64,000 nucleotides of DNA. It comes from Balanoglossus misakiensis (taxonomy: Eukaryota > Animalia > Hemichordata). The stretch spans positions 6,014,001 to 6,078,000 of the forward strand of contig CM082590.2 of the NCBI GenBank assembly GCA_040954595.2, in the 5' to 3' direction. Position numbers and translations under genes: made by a program. The notes under the pieces are model-generated. The model did not search any database. It was not told the origin of the DNA and worked only from the letters and a program-made list of their open reading frames with translations. Each line of letters starts with the position of its first letter. The first letter of the stretch is position 1. Shown one piece after another: positions 49,660 to 63,899 of this stretch.

Positions 49660-51360
49660 TTTAGACATGCAATACTTTATCAATGTGAAGAAACAAACTT
49701 CACGGTACTAATGCACGCTAATCGTTCAGTGGCATAGCTGGATGCCGCACCATAGTTACCATGGCCGTGTACGAGCGTTTAAGCAACATGCATACGCGTC
49801 TGCCACTATATGCGGCTAGCGCCGTGATAGGATAATACCAAGTCAGACGCGACCATTTTATTGTGGGGATGTAATATAGAGGTATTGTTAATTTTGACAT
49901 CGCCCACACATGTTTAGTAAATTTTCTTCCATGATCACATTCATATTTGAAAAGATAGAATATGTAACGAAGTGTTAACTTTTAACCAATGAATGACCTG
50001 CTAATACAAATCAAAATTTGGCGATACTATACTTCAGAGTATCTAGAAAATCTCCATGACGAATGCCATTAAACTAAACATTTTTAGAAGTCACCCTACC
50101 AAATGTTAAGCCTAGTATTGTGATTACAGATTGTATAAAGTTAGAGGGTTGAAATATAGCGTTGATCTTTACTAGTTATTGAAATAAGCACATGGACTGG
50201 TGTGCATGGATTTACAAAGTTGATCAGACACTGTCGTTATTATCATAAAGGTTGACCCCGAGAATTGACCAAAATTAAGTTGATCAAATACCTTTGTTGT
50301 CTCGACAGATATTTATGCCAATTCCTTTCTTCTTGTCAAATTTCTTCACTCTGCTCTACACAATGATCCTACGTAAGGTGTCTTGATCATATTCAGCCAC
50401 TAAACATGTAAACATAAACGTGGCAGAGATCTTATTTTTCTCCAGATTTGTTTTTAAACAGAAATAGTGTTTAAAAAATATACACGCGCGTTAAATATAT
50501 ACCACTACTTTCCAATGATAGGTGCAAGTATATAAACTGCCAACAAAGCATTTAGAGAGATAGAGTTTTGTTGCTAATTTTAAGATTGAAAATTAATATG
50601 GTCCCTGATATTTCACGACCAGGGTTAACATTAAAAAGGGTTTGTTCGCCTGTATGTACAAAATAACATGATGTTTAAGCAATAAATATATTACATGTAA
50701 AATCATCATGTAAAATATCAGTTTTGCCTCCTAAGCCAATGATTAGTGTAAGTATGGACTACCCAGCAACCATTGTAAGAGAAAGGGATTTGTTGTTGAT
50801 TTTAAAATTTGAAATTTAACTTGCCCTGATAATTACCGACCATGGGTTAACTTAAAAAAAGTTTGTACATCTATATGTACAATAGTACAGGATGATTCTT
50901 AATACTTAATGTGGGTTGTTGTCTCCAATCCACAATGACACGTACGATTCTCATTTTCAATGAAGTAATCTCACTTAAGCCCACGAATTATCGTCTGAGT
51001 GATAAACAGTTTGACGTATAAGCTTAATTAATTAGGTGACACTCGTTGAATGTACCTGTTAATGATAACATTGATAAAGAATCAAAGTGTAGATACTGTG
51101 TGTGGACGTTAATCTATAAGGCAAACACACCTTCAGTCACTCAAGGTGACCTGACCGACATATTGTCGAGATATCTCTACTAAGTAGGTCGTACTATGTT
51201 CTGTTGCTGTACCAGAGAATCAACGAAATTGTGATAAATAATCGGAATATCGTACTGTAACGTTTTGACTTAGTCCTTTTGTTTCTAGCGATGAAATTGA
51301 AATAAATTAGGAACCAAATAACACGTGTTCAAAAATGGCCACCAATCTTTGTATCAACTC
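49660..51360 (+). pseudogene. Possible highly decayed LRR-receptor pseudogene, with duplicated pieces at 53680-55200 and 59850-60950
   Basis: The duplication is directly visible. Fragmentary translations IPSQTRPFY (49835), MFSKFSSMITFIF (49910), LSPIHNDTY (50919) and QIPVLSPPIFT (53822) resemble extracellular LRR consensus; no intact ORF. Confidence 0.3.
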
Positions 51361-54300
51361 CTTAGAAATGAAAACAAGATGGTGAATACCCAGTTTTCTA
51401 TGTATAAAAAAAAATCCCACGCACTATAATACAAAAACTATAATGTACGTTCAGTAAAATTGAAAGTATTGTCATTTCTTTTGATTGTAGATTTTTGGGT
51501 TCACCTTTGTATGTATAATAATATAGGAGTCACCACGCTTGTTTTGAATTAGTCGATAATAATAGAAAACTGCTGACTCAGCATTTTTCACCAATGGTTT
51601 CTGTATAGGCAAAATATTTAACGATATTTATCTCAAAATGGAGCGCAGTGACCAAACGATTTTATTTGACCACTGAATTTATTTTATTTGATTGACCTAT
51701 GTGTAAAATTTTGTGTAAATGACAACAGTAGAAGTTTGTTTTCTAGCGATTATCAATGTAATCCTATGGAGAAAAGCTGAATGCGCACATTTTCTAGTTT
51801 ATGTTCTGCGCGTACATCCTTAAAGGCTTGGGACTGAAAATGTGTCCCCGAAAAACATACTACCTTAAGGAGCCGGTGCAAAGAAAGCCCTAACCCTAAC
51901 ACTATTCTTTGGTGCAATTTGAAAGGTCGTTATCTATTAGTATGAACATTTCCACGTCGAGAATTTTTATTTTTTGTAGAGTGTTCGAGGGATAATTTAT
52001 GTGGGGTGTTTTCTGTTTATTAGATTTTTAAACTGTGTTATTTCCTATAGCGTTTACACGAAAATCACGAGAACGTTATCTCTATCTGAATTCGTTTCTG
52101 AATTGTTAAAGTAATTTTCAGTGTTGTTTCTTAACTTGAAATGACGTCTTTAGAAAAATGGTATGTTTGCGCGGTTTTTATTATTCTGCCTTATATCCAG
52201 AGCACGTTGGGTCACTTGAGGTTGACCTGACCTTGATGCTGAATGCCATTTGGAGCTATCTGTTCAACTGTAAGCATGGGAATTGCTTGAAACATCCAGC
52301 GAATCGATTGTTTAAATGATTAGCGACTGTTCAGTGGTGCCTTGTAAGGAAGCGATCTGAAATCCCTGGCCAAAAATTAGACATACACGCCAGACATAAT
52401 CAGATATTTACAATTCAGCATTTCAAGAAAAACGGCTTGTCACTGTTTGTAACGTGTATCTATCGTCATAATGATTTTCTATTGGTATTGTAGATGTAAC
52501 GATTTTAAAGTAGTAAATTATATTATGCCAGGTCAAACAAATTACGTTAATGTAAAAAGTATAAGACCATTTAGACTATTTGATGAACATTTAACATTTT
52601 GCATAGCAATGTGTCATTTGAGAAACCTTTACGAAAACCTAACTGTGAATTACTTACAACTTGTCTGAAGAACCCATGCAAATTCTTATGTACATGTTCC
52701 TTAGTAATTTTGAGAGGACAGGGGAACACACTCAAGCCTGGAATTTCCAATGTGTTGTTTGGACCGAGACTCTCAACAAACAGAAGTTGTTCTTTTATAT
52801 TTGACTGCAATCGTTTTATATGTACATTATAGCACGGCTTCAGATTCTTCGTGCAATACTTATACGTGGGTGTCTAGAGTTCAAAAATGAAATATATAAG
52901 TATATATAAAAGTTAGTGGAGCTGGGCGCTATGTTTCAGGTAGTATTTAGTTGGGACAGGATTCATATTAGTTGTTTGTCCTGGCCTGCAGTCGTCTGAG
53001 TTTTAATCATTAACGCTGGCCACTGACTTGTAACTTATGAAGTTCCACACTGCATGTTGGTCTCTAGGTTCCTACCGTTAACATATCACATCTAAACATC
53101 AACTGCGCATGGGCATACCACAGTGACTCCTTCACCTCCCGAGGGACTCAAGCCATTCCTTTATTCCAAAACTGATCAATATTTACTGTTGTGACAATGA
53201 CATTAATTTAGTCTTTTTCGGTTTGATTGTTAGTGGGGCATTTTGAAGATAAAGGTAGACGCGATCTAAATTTAGAATTTTAACTGAAAATATATATGAT
53301 AATATAAAGTTCACCACCCCTTACAGAATGACGTCATCACCAACTAACGAGGCTCAACGTGGCACATAGGGTGTGATGCGTCCAAATGTCTCGTCATAAC
53401 AGGATCGATCTGAGTGCATTCTCGCAACAACTAAAAACGACTGTTCTAAATATACCATACACGCAGCATGCTTAACAGACAATCATTTAGGCAAAAAAGA
53501 AAATGTTGACTCGTATAGAAGATTAAGGTTTGAAACACTAAGTACATAAAAGACTAGGACACTGTAAATTGTGGTTCATCGGAAATGAACATTGTTGCCG
53601 TTGACTAAGCAAGAAAAGCCGGATTCTTAAATAGAACATTGCTTTTTTTAAATGCTGCTGTCAGTGGCGAGTTAAAATCTAATATAACGCCCATGCTAAT
53701 ATTTACAACTTGTCGTTGAAGTAAGCACTGGGCCAGGTGTGAATGGGTGTACACAGTTGATCAATCAATGTCCTCAGTATCGTACAGGATGACCCTGGAA
53801 TTAGACCAAACTTAAGCACATCAAATTCCTGTGTTGTCACCGCCGATATTTACGAAGTGTTGTCTGTGTGATAAACATTTTTAGAGATAAACTGGCCACA
53901 CTCGTCGAATATTCCTTTTGGTGATATCTCACAGCAGATACGATAGAACCAAAGCTAATACTACTGTAGATGGAGTTTATTAATCTCACCAAACAAACCT
54001 TTAGTCACTAAACTGTATGAACAAGTCATAGTTTGAGATAAAACACCTGTTGAAAAACATACCTGTGCTACTGAGCAATCATTTTGACAATGCCTCTCTA
54101 AATATGGCCGCGACATATTGGCCAGGTATGTCAAATAAATAAGTCGCACTATTTTTTTCTGCTGCCGTACAAGAGAATCAATGAAATAGTCATAGATAAT
54201 CAGACTATCGTTATATGTTTCAGACATCAAAAGCTTTGAAAATGTGATGAAACAAACTTTACAGCAGTAATGTACGCGAATCTTACAGTCGTATATAGGT

Positions 54301-55927
54301 GAAGGCCGCATCATGGTTGCCATGGCAGCGCACGGCCGTTTAAGCAACTTGCATATGCGTTTACAACTGTGATCATACCATTTTATTGTGGGGGTGTTCT
54401 CTGGAGTTATCTCTGATTTTGACATCGCCCACACGTGTTCCGTACATTTCTCTTCCACGATCACATGACATTTTGATAAAACAAAATAAGTAAACGAAGT
54501 GTTAAACCTTAAAATAGTTTTATAAAATATGTCAGTGGACATCTTCCCATGGCGGCCTCAATCAAAAGGCAAAAAAGTATCCGCAAAAACTAATTAAATG
54601 TACAGGACGTTTCCAAAATGTGCTAAATTCATGGTTAAAACTATACCATTTCGTTTGATTTTTCTCTATGACGCAAATTACAGAGATTTTGTGGAAGAAA
54701 ATGTACAAATTTAGGTGACACATTGATTTTTGCACCTTGTTTATGATAAAATTTAACCTCACTTTTAGAAAATATGGCAAGTTAATATAACGCCCATGCT
54801 CATTTTTACTAGTCGTTGAAATAATCACCAGGTCAGGTATGAATGGATGTACAAAGTTGATCAATCACTGTCCTCAGGATGACCCTGGAATTTGACCAAA
54901 TTTAATCAGACCTGAGCGGGTGGTCCAGCGCGCTGCCCACTTTTAAGGGTAACAAGCAATGCGCCGGAGTGATAGCACACGACTGAATCTTTCAATCTAC
55001 CCAGGAATGTGACCAAATTTAAGCTTATCAAATACCTGTGTTGTCTCCGCCGATATGTACTCCAACTCATTCTTCTTATCTGAACGAGAATCGTTATGTG
55101 CAGTGAAGTCAGTGAACTGCTTCTCTGAGCTGCATAGTGTTTTTTGATCAAATGATACATGTAAGTAGAAACTTCCCAGCAAACATTTGAAAAGATGTTG
55201 ATTGCACAAGTTGAACTGAAAATGACCGATAGCTCTCGACGAGAATTAATTATACAGAAGAATGCTTAGTACACCAATGCAAATGGACACCAGCAATTAT
55301 TTCTTCTTCTAAATACTTGTGTAGGTTGCTGGCTGTAATATATGGTGGCGCTTATGGTTCTCATTTTGAAATTGGTGACTGTACTTAAAGGGACAAGGTC
55401 GCTCCTGTTTCAACTTTCGGTGACATCAAGAATATATGGATAATTTGCATAACGTCTCTCAGTGTACACAATTATGACGAATCGTTACTACAGAAATGAG
55501 GGAATTTGTGATGTTATTTGAAAGGTCAGCAGCGTGTTTCTTGATGTTAGCGGTAGTACAATAAGTTACTGTCCCTGTCTACATTGTTGTCTGAAAGTTC
55601 ATCATCTTCAATTTTGTCATTTATAAAAATGAATCTCAACTTGCGCTGCTTATGTTTGCATCTGAAAGTGCACTGCAGTGCACATTACTCTGGGAAATCT
55701 TAGTTGTCATATAATCTCGTATTATTATCAATTAAACAGGAGATCCTAAGTTGTCTTCTTGTAGTCTCACACCTTTAACAATCATTGTAAGAAAGAAAGG
55801 CCCAATTGTTTATGTTCATAGAGACGAGCGTAACATCAGAGGGGTGAGGCTCAATTGACATTTATTTCTTTTTAATTAATTTGTCTGTGGTGATGACAGT
55901 GGTGTATTTTCTTATTACATCAACTAC

Positions 55928-58445
55928 TACGGCGCGCCAAGTGTTTCAAAATTATTTATCATTATTTTATAGAAAATTGATGTCTTTTAACAAAAAATAC
56001 GTAAAAAAAACACAAAAAAATAATTGGTGGTTTAAAAAACAACGAGTGTAAAAAGTAATCCATCGTGGAGTCAAAAAACAACAACAACAACAACAACAAC
56101 AAAAAACTAACACACACAGAAGAAAATCTCACCTGTTGTCAAAAAACCCCACCAAGCTTACCAAAAAAACGTCCACAAGGCAGTTGCAAAAAAAAATCAC
56201 TAATTTGTCACAAAAAACCACGCGCACATTTTTCACGAAAAACGCACACTTCACCCCCACAAAAAATACACACAAAGTATTAAAAAGAACACTCTTTGAA
56301 AAAAAGAGAGACTACAGCTTAAAAAAATGCACACCCCCAGAACAAACAACACAGGCAAACATAGAAAAAACACGAACATGTTAGCCATAAAAAACAGAGA
56401 TATTTGTCACCGAAAAAAAAACCCGCACTCATGTCACCCCAAAACTAACGGGCCACTTAAAAAAACGCAGATGCACTGAGGTTGCAAAAATAAGCACATT
56501 TTTAATCCCCCGAAAAAAAACAGGCAATTTGAAAAAAAAACCACAGCAATTTGCAAAAAAAAAAAAAATAGGAACATTTGTCACCCAAAAAAACAGGCAA
56601 TTTAAAAAAAAAAACGCAGAGCAATTTGCCAACAAAAAATATATAGGAACATTTGTCACCCAAAAAAACAGGCAATTTGAAAAAAAAACGCAGAGCAATT
56701 TGCAAAAAAAAAAAAAAATAGGAACATTTGTCACCCAAAAAAACAGACAATTTGAAAAAAAAACGCAGAGCAATTTGCAAAAAAAAAATAATAGGAACAT
56801 TTGTCACCCCAAAAAAAACAGGCAATTTGAAAATAAAAAACGCAGAGCAATTTGCAAAAAAAAAAAAAAAATAGGAACATTTGTCACCCAAAAAAAACAG
56901 GCAATTTGAAAAAAAAAACGCAGAGCAATTTGAAAAAAAAAAATAATAGGAACATTTGTCACCCAAAAAACAGGCAATTTGAAAAAAAAAACACGATATA
57001 AAATTTGAAAAAAAAATATACAGGCATATTTGTCACCCAAAATATTCAGGCAGATCCAAGTTGTAAAAAAATGGTATATTTGTCATCCAAAAAATAAAAC
57101 AAGCGTGTTTAAAAAAACGAGCATTCAGTTGTAAAAATAAATAATAGTCTTTTAACAACTTGAAAAAAAACCGGACGCAGTTGAAAGAATAGCGTATGCG
57201 CATGCGCCGAAAAAAAAAATGAGTGAGAAATGCTCTCCAAAAAAAAAAAAGTGAGAGATTTTGCTAGAGGAGTCTGGGTAATCTTAAAAAAAAAACAGTG
57301 TGTGAAAATAAGTTGACTCGAAGAAGAGAAAAGAAAGGGGAAACACACAAACCGTCACACAGGACAAACAACAGTCTCCTCATCGCCGAGGCGTACGCGT
57401 GATGATATGACAAGTGTTTACGTCTGTGAGGTGGTGTGTATCACTGTATGTGTCGGATAGAACGCGAGTCGACTAGAATCCGAGTCGACTGAAGGTTACT
57501 GTGGTGGACGCGAATATGTGGTCGCCATTGTGGGATTCCTTCGTGAAGGAAGTGAAGCCACTTTTTTTGGGTGACAAATGTTCCTATATATTTTTTTTTT
57601 GCAAATTGCTCTGCGTTTTTTTTTCCAAATTGCATGGTTTTTTTTTGGGTGACAAATGTTCCTATATATTTTTTTTTTGCAAATTGCTCTGCGTTTTTTT
57701 TTTCAAATTGCCTGTTTTTTTTGGTTGACAAATGTTCCTATTTTTTTTGTTGGCAAATTGCTCTGCGTTTTTTTTTTTAAATTGCCTGTTTTTTTGGGTG
57801 ACAAATGTTCCTATTTTTTTTTTTTTGCAAATTGCTGTGGTTTTTTTTTCAAATTGCCTGTTTTTTTTTCCGGGGGATTAAAAATGTGCTTATTTTTGCA
57901 ACCTCAGTGCATCTGCGTTTTTTTTAAGTGGCCCGTTAGTTTTGGGGTGACATGAGTGCGGGTTTTTTTTCGGTGACAAATATCTCTGTTTTTTTATGGC
58001 TAACATGTTCGTGTTTTTTCTATGTTTGCCTGTGTTGTTTGTTCTGGGGGTGTGCATTTTTTTAAGCTGTAGTCTCTCTTTTTTTCAAAGAGTGTTCTTT
58101 TTAATACTTTGTGTGTATTTTTTGTGGGGGTGAAGTGTGCGTTTTTCGTGAAAAATGTGCGCGTGGTTTTTTGTGACAAATTAGTGATTTTTTTTTGCAA
58201 CTGCCTTGTGGACGTTTTTTTGGTAAGCTTGGTGGGGTTTTTTGACAATAGGTGAGATTTTCTTCTGTGTGTGTTAGTGTTTTTTTTTGTTTGTTTTTTT
58301 ACTCCACGATGGATTACTTTTTACACTCGTTGTTTTTTAAACCACCAATCAGTTTTTTGTGTTTTTTACGTATTTTTTTTTGTTAAAAGACATCAATTTT
58401 CTATAAAATAATGATAAATAATTTTGAAACACTTGGCGCGCCGTA
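55928..58445. mobile_element. Non-autonomous foldback-type DNA transposon with ~0.9-1.1-kb TIRs and a 7-bp TSD
   Basis: CAACTAC|TACGGCGCGCCAAGTGTTTCAAAATT... ...AATTTTGAAACACTTGGCGCGCCGTA|CAACTAC. Mirror ORFs at 56136(+) and 58000(-) are identical. TIRs contain ~75-bp tandem repeats. Confidence 0.93.
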
Positions 58446-59134
58446 CAACTACATCGTTACTTTGATCTTGTCTTTGATCTCGGTATATTTCCACGTCCAG
58501 AAATGTTTTGTTAAGAGTATTCGGAGGAAAATTATATATATATTTTTTTCATTTATGGTTCTGTTAGTTCGGTTAGTGTTCACACATGAATCACGAAAAT
58601 GTCACCTCTAAATGTTTTACAAAGTGGATAACACTTTGATGTTGTGAGATGATTTTAATTTCTAGTTCATAAACTTCAGTGCCGGCTATATCCTGTGAAT
58701 TTAGCTGGTGGTTTTACATAAAAGTAATTTGTTTGCGCGAGTTTCAGTGGTCAGCGTCCAATAGCTTGAGTACGCAAGGTCACACACGATCATCACTGAT
58801 CGGGGTCATTTTGCGCGCATTATCAACTTCCTCCTTCAAGCTGAACTGTGCATCGCCAGAAATATTATCTGATTTTGCGTAACAGTTTGATTGTTCCCAT
58901 AATCAGCGACGTTGGCGTGGTGCATTGTAAAGGAGCAATCTTTCTTTTCCTAAAAGAAAAATGAGGCAAACAGCCTGGGGACATGCATTCAATGAGAAAT
59001 TCCAGGGATGCGGTTTGTCATCATACTTGCATGCGGGTATCTCAACAAAGGAATCATTCTGTATAAAAGTTAGTACAGCAGGGCGCTTTGTCGAAAATGC
59101 CATTTTGGTGGGCATGAGTCATGCTAAGTGGTTG

Positions 59135-59505
59135 TCCTGGACTGCAGTGCACTGAGTTTTAATCATTAACGATGAAGATCCTCACTGTATTTTCCGTCTC
59201 TAGGTTCCCGCTGTTGACACAAATAATAAATTGATCAAATTGACATCACTACCCACACCTAGGTTAAGCCATGCTTCGCCCATGCCATGGGAGAACAACA
59301 ACATCATAACATCATTGTTGGGTCTCCTGGCCTGCAGTCCTCTGAGTTCTAATCATTAACGAAGAAGATCCTCACAGCATTTTCTGTCTCTAGGTTCCCG
59401 CCATTGACATAAATACTAAATTGATAAAATTGACATCACTACCCACACCTAGGTTAAGCCATGCTTCCCCATACCAAAGGAGAACAACAACATCATAACA
59501 TCATA
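59135..59505 (+). repeat. ~190-bp tandem duplication, with a related copy at ~52980
   Basis: ctgcagt..ctgagtt.taatcattaacga.gaagatcctcac ... gacatcactacccacacctaggttaagccatgcttc occurs twice. Confidence 0.85.
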
Positions 59506-61109
59506 TCCCAACATGGTTGACAAGTTTCAGCTTCTTTGTATTGGAAAATATAACATGTGCACAATGCGTTTCTGTGGCATTGAAAGTAAGCGCAGCCAAT
59601 ATTTGATCATCCTTCCAAGTCTAAGCATATACGTATTGTAAAACGCCCTAACTCACCCCTAACAGCAAGAGTGGTCGCATTGCTATACAATCTCAAAATA
59701 AAACGACAAAATTTGTTATGCACTATTTCAATTTGGTCAGCCTTATATAGAAACCCCAAACTTCCCTTCTATACGGTAAGATTGGAAAAAAATGCTATCA
59801 AAGATTATAAATGTGAGATTAACGCCAATGGTGCTAAACCTTTGAGAATACAATATAACGCCGATACCAGTATTATACTAGTCATTGAAATAAGCACCAG
59901 GTCAGGTATGAATTGATGGCTGGATGAATAGATGTACACAGCTGATCAGTAACTGATCACATTATCGCGCAAAAAAGTAACTCTGAAATGTGACCAAGTG
60001 TAAAGTTATCGATACCTTTATTTTTTAAAGCCACTACTTAACCAAATGATAACACTTATCTGAAAAGGAATCACATTATGTGATGAAGCCATTCAACTAA
60101 TTCCCTCTGCTACACAGTGTTTCTTGATCAGATTTAGACACCAGGCATTACGTGCACGAGTAGTGATCGTGATTTGCTCCTGATTTTGGTGACATATTTG
60201 AAACTAAAATGCAGCTCATAAAATATGTTTACATGTAAAATATACTCTTGCCTCACATTCCAATGATTCGTGTAAGTATAAACTCCCCAGCTACCATTTC
60301 AAGAGAGATGATTGTGTTGCTGATTGCAAGATTTGAAATCAAAATGGCCCGATAAGCCCAGAACTATTCCAAAGAAAAAAACAGTTCGTGCACCTGTATG
60401 TACTGGGTGATTCTTCCTCCTTTTGGAGTGGATTGTTGTCTCCAATATACAGTGACACGTACCATACCCATTTTGCATACAATGATCGTTCTTCGTCTTA
60501 GTGATAAACAGTTTGACGTATAAGCTTAATTAATGAGGTCGTGAAATGTACCTGTTCATGATATCTCTCAGCAGAAACTATAGAATCAAAGCTTACATTC
60601 TGTAAATGGACGATTATCAATCAAACCAAACATACCTTTAGTCACTGAATACGACCATACCTAGGTATCTAAACTAAGGTTCGCACAATTTTGTTTCTGC
60701 TGCTGTACTAGAGAATCAACAAAATTGTCATGAATACTCGGAATATCGTCTGATATGTTATTCACTTAACCTCCTGTTTCTAAGCCAATGTTTGCAAATT
60801 CTGCATGTGTGATCATTATTATTTGGGTAGAAGACGTCTTAAAATTTACTCATATTTTGCTCAAAGCAACTTTAAATTATGTTCTCTTAAAATTAAGAAT
60901 AATAATTAAATGGTCTAAAATTTGAAGTTCAAAATGACCGCCAATCTCTGTGTTAGTGTTGCGAACAGTACGAACATCATTTTCCAATTTCCGAAAAACC
61001 TCTTTTTACATAATTATTGCTGAAAAAGGTAGAATATTATGAAAATATTGACAACCACGCCCCCTTATACATCTATATAGTTCTGGCAAGCATAACCGCT
61101 TAAAGGACA

Positions 61110-61673
61110 TCGACACGGCACGTTCCCTATTCTAACTTGGCGGGGACTAGAGCGAGGTCCCCCGGGGGAATCCCGGAGAGGCAGCACGCCAGCTGCCCTT
61201 CCTTCTCCTGTCTACATGCGTTATATACCGCACCCGTGCAAATGTCACCGTCACGGCGCGTTCCCTAGCTTACACGGCGTTTCCTTCAAACTCTGCAGGG
61301 CCAGAGGCTAACCGCGCCCGGGGAAGCCTGCGAGGAACGCCCGTATGCTCTATAGTTGATGTGTGTGGCAGACCACCATTCCTTTTAGTTCCGGCGCGCC
61401 TACCCGCAGAGGGGCCAAAAAGTTATTCTCCGCGTATGGTGTTTTTACCCCCCCCCCCCCCCCCTCGGCGGGGACTTGAGCGAGGTCCCGCCAGGGGAAG
61501 CCTGGAGACGCGGCATGCTAGCCATCCCTCCTTTTCCTGTCTCCATGCGTTACATACCGCGCCTGCTACAGAACACCGACACGGCGCGTTCCCTTTCTAA
61601 CTCGGCGGGGCCAGAGCCTACTCACGCCCGCGGAAGCCTGCGAGGAACGCCCGTATGCTCCATGTAGTTGATG
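61110..61673 (+). repeat. GC-rich ~330-bp-period tandem duplication upstream of the paralogue promoter
   Basis: cggggact.gagcgaggtccc and ggaagcctgcgaggaacgcccgtatgctc each occur twice. Confidence 0.8.
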
Positions 61674-62130
61674 AAGTCTGTGACAGACGAGGTTCAGTTA
61701 GAATCATGGTCATCATAAGTGATGTCATAGTCCTGGACTGAGTATTGCGAAGTGGAGATATGTCACTTCATTCACGTCATGTGTTGCTCATAATCTCATT
61801 ACTCTGTTGTTTGAATGTGCGAACTAATTTTGTGATTAACTCAGAAACAAACAAATTGAATGAATTATGCTGTGACGTCACCATAGTATTGAGGTATACA
61901 TGTATTGCATATATCACACCTTTATGGTGTCATGAACTTTGACCAAGTGCCGGTATTTTTTGTTGTTTTAACGTATTTCCTTATTTATCAGACAATGTCC
62001 CGAAAGTTTTGTCAACGTCACCTGACCAGGTAGTCAACGCCATTTACAACACATAGGAAGGTGACTTGTTCAACTCTAAAGCGGTGCTACTGATCCAGAT
62101 GTATTCCAACACAATGTCAATGACGTAATC

Positions 62131-62160
62131 ATGGCTTCCAGAAAAGTCAAGGATCCACTG
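62131..62160 (+). CDS. First coding exon (MASRKVKDPL) of a paralogue of the ANK-Roco gene, presumably continuing beyond the window
   Basis: atcATGG...CTG|gtaagt; 61870-62935 aligns with 7900-8975, including the 5'UTR text gacttgttcaactctaaagcggtgctactgatccagat. Confidence 0.65.
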
Positions 62161-63698
62161 GTAAGTGAACTTTTAACTGTAACAACTGACATTTCACACC
62201 AAGGGCAACTCAGTCAGGCAGTGACGACAACTGCTTTATGTGGTTTATTTTTCTGGACTGAAGACTGCGTTTGAAAATTCACCCATTCAACCCCATGCAC
62301 ATTTGACATGTAAAACCACTTTGAAAATTGTGTCACAAGACTTATGAATGCTACGTAGACTTGTGGCGTTGTATTCGTTTTATACGGTCTAAGTGGTTTA
62401 ATTTTTTTCCAAAGGTCATGCTTGCTCGACCCACGAAAAAAATCAGAATTTTCAGTGTATGTATCCATTACAATATTTGTGCATTCATAAAAAATAACTT
62501 GGTTGACGATATGTCAAAATGATTACGACATTTCGTGGCTACTCCAACTGGAGACAAAAAGGATTTTTTGCAATTATATTTGTTGCATTTATTAATTATT
62601 TTACTGTTATGCTGCAAGCAAAATTTATTGAGCAAGCTCTATATAAATCAATTGTTGAAATCCATGCCTGTGTTACTTTGTAACCATTCTGGCTGTGTGT
62701 CTTTATATAGGACAGTCTGAATTGACGCCATATCAAAGAATGATAACCTTTGACCTGAAATGAGTTCATTCAAGGTGACGCAGGCATGGTGTTGGTCATA
62801 AGGGGTCGTGGATAATTATTAATTCCCCATGAGCTGACTCAATCTTCTCCGTATCCTTTGCCGACAGACAACACGACAGGTTGATGATACATGTGTGCAT
62901 ACCCACGAGTAAGCTTTTTAAAATGAACCAACCGAACTTTGATAGTAAAATCACGAAAATAATGCATGACGTGAGGCATGTCAAATGCAACTATTTTCAT
63001 TTAACCCAAACCCCTCGCTTAAGTTTGGAACAACAAAAAGCAATGAATATTTTATCCCCTCGACGTGTCTACACCGACTCTCTCTCCAAGAACACATATT
63101 TGTTGTAACCCCAAAAGAAATGAAATTAAATCGGTGCGTGTGTAAACATAAAGTTGTGATATCTACTCACCATAAACAATAATTTCATCACAGAATGTTT
63201 GTTCCAAAACTCGTGACACTAATATACCATATTGAAGATGTTGCTAATGAACGCTTTAATCCCAATTCATGCATCAATTCTTTTATTTATAATAAACTGT
63301 TATGTCTACAAACCAAAAATGTTGAGGTACTAGCACATTTCAGTGTGGTTTGTTGTCTTCTGCCTTCATGTACAAGACTGAGGGGAGGGGTTATACACCA
63401 GCAAGTCCTCCATCTGTTCAAATTTACCAGTCAGACATTTTGTGTTCAGTAGTGCATTATGGGCCGGTTGTCGTTATCCTGGAATGTCGTTTATTGTTTT
63501 CGTTTTGTTGGAATTCCAGTATTTTTGTGATCAGAATTTCACCGATGGAATGCTTTCCTTTCAGCAATGTCTGCACCATGTTTTATCATTCGCGATCAAA
63601 ACTCACAAACATTCACATTTTCCCCATCAAGGGATATTGTGCGCGTGCATGAATTATCCACAACTCCAAAGAATAATGGCATATAAATCTCGAAATAA

Positions 63699-63899
63699 GG
63701 GACTGGTCAGTTTCTTCGGCCTGGGGGAGGGGGGTGGATGGAGTCATGGGGAGGTCACCCTGTTTTGAAATTGGGTGATGGGGGGGGGGTCACCGGGGGT
63801 CACCCATTTTTCCATGTTCAAAGAGGGGGTCGGGTCAGTCACTGTTTGATATCCGCAAAATAGAATCCACCCCGCAGGCCTAAGAAACTGACAAGTCCC
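63699..63899. mobile_element. PIF/Harbinger-type (Tourist-like) MITE
   Basis: TAA|GGGACTGGTCAGTTTCTTCGGCCT ... AGGCCTAAGAAACTGACAAGTCCC|TAA. Confidence 0.8.

Noticed and set aside
56570-57870. ~75-bp regular repeats as a CRISPR array, and the K/F-rich ORFs there as proteins
   Set aside because: No unique spacers; they are tandem subrepeats inside transposon TIRs, and the ORFs come from A/T homopolymers
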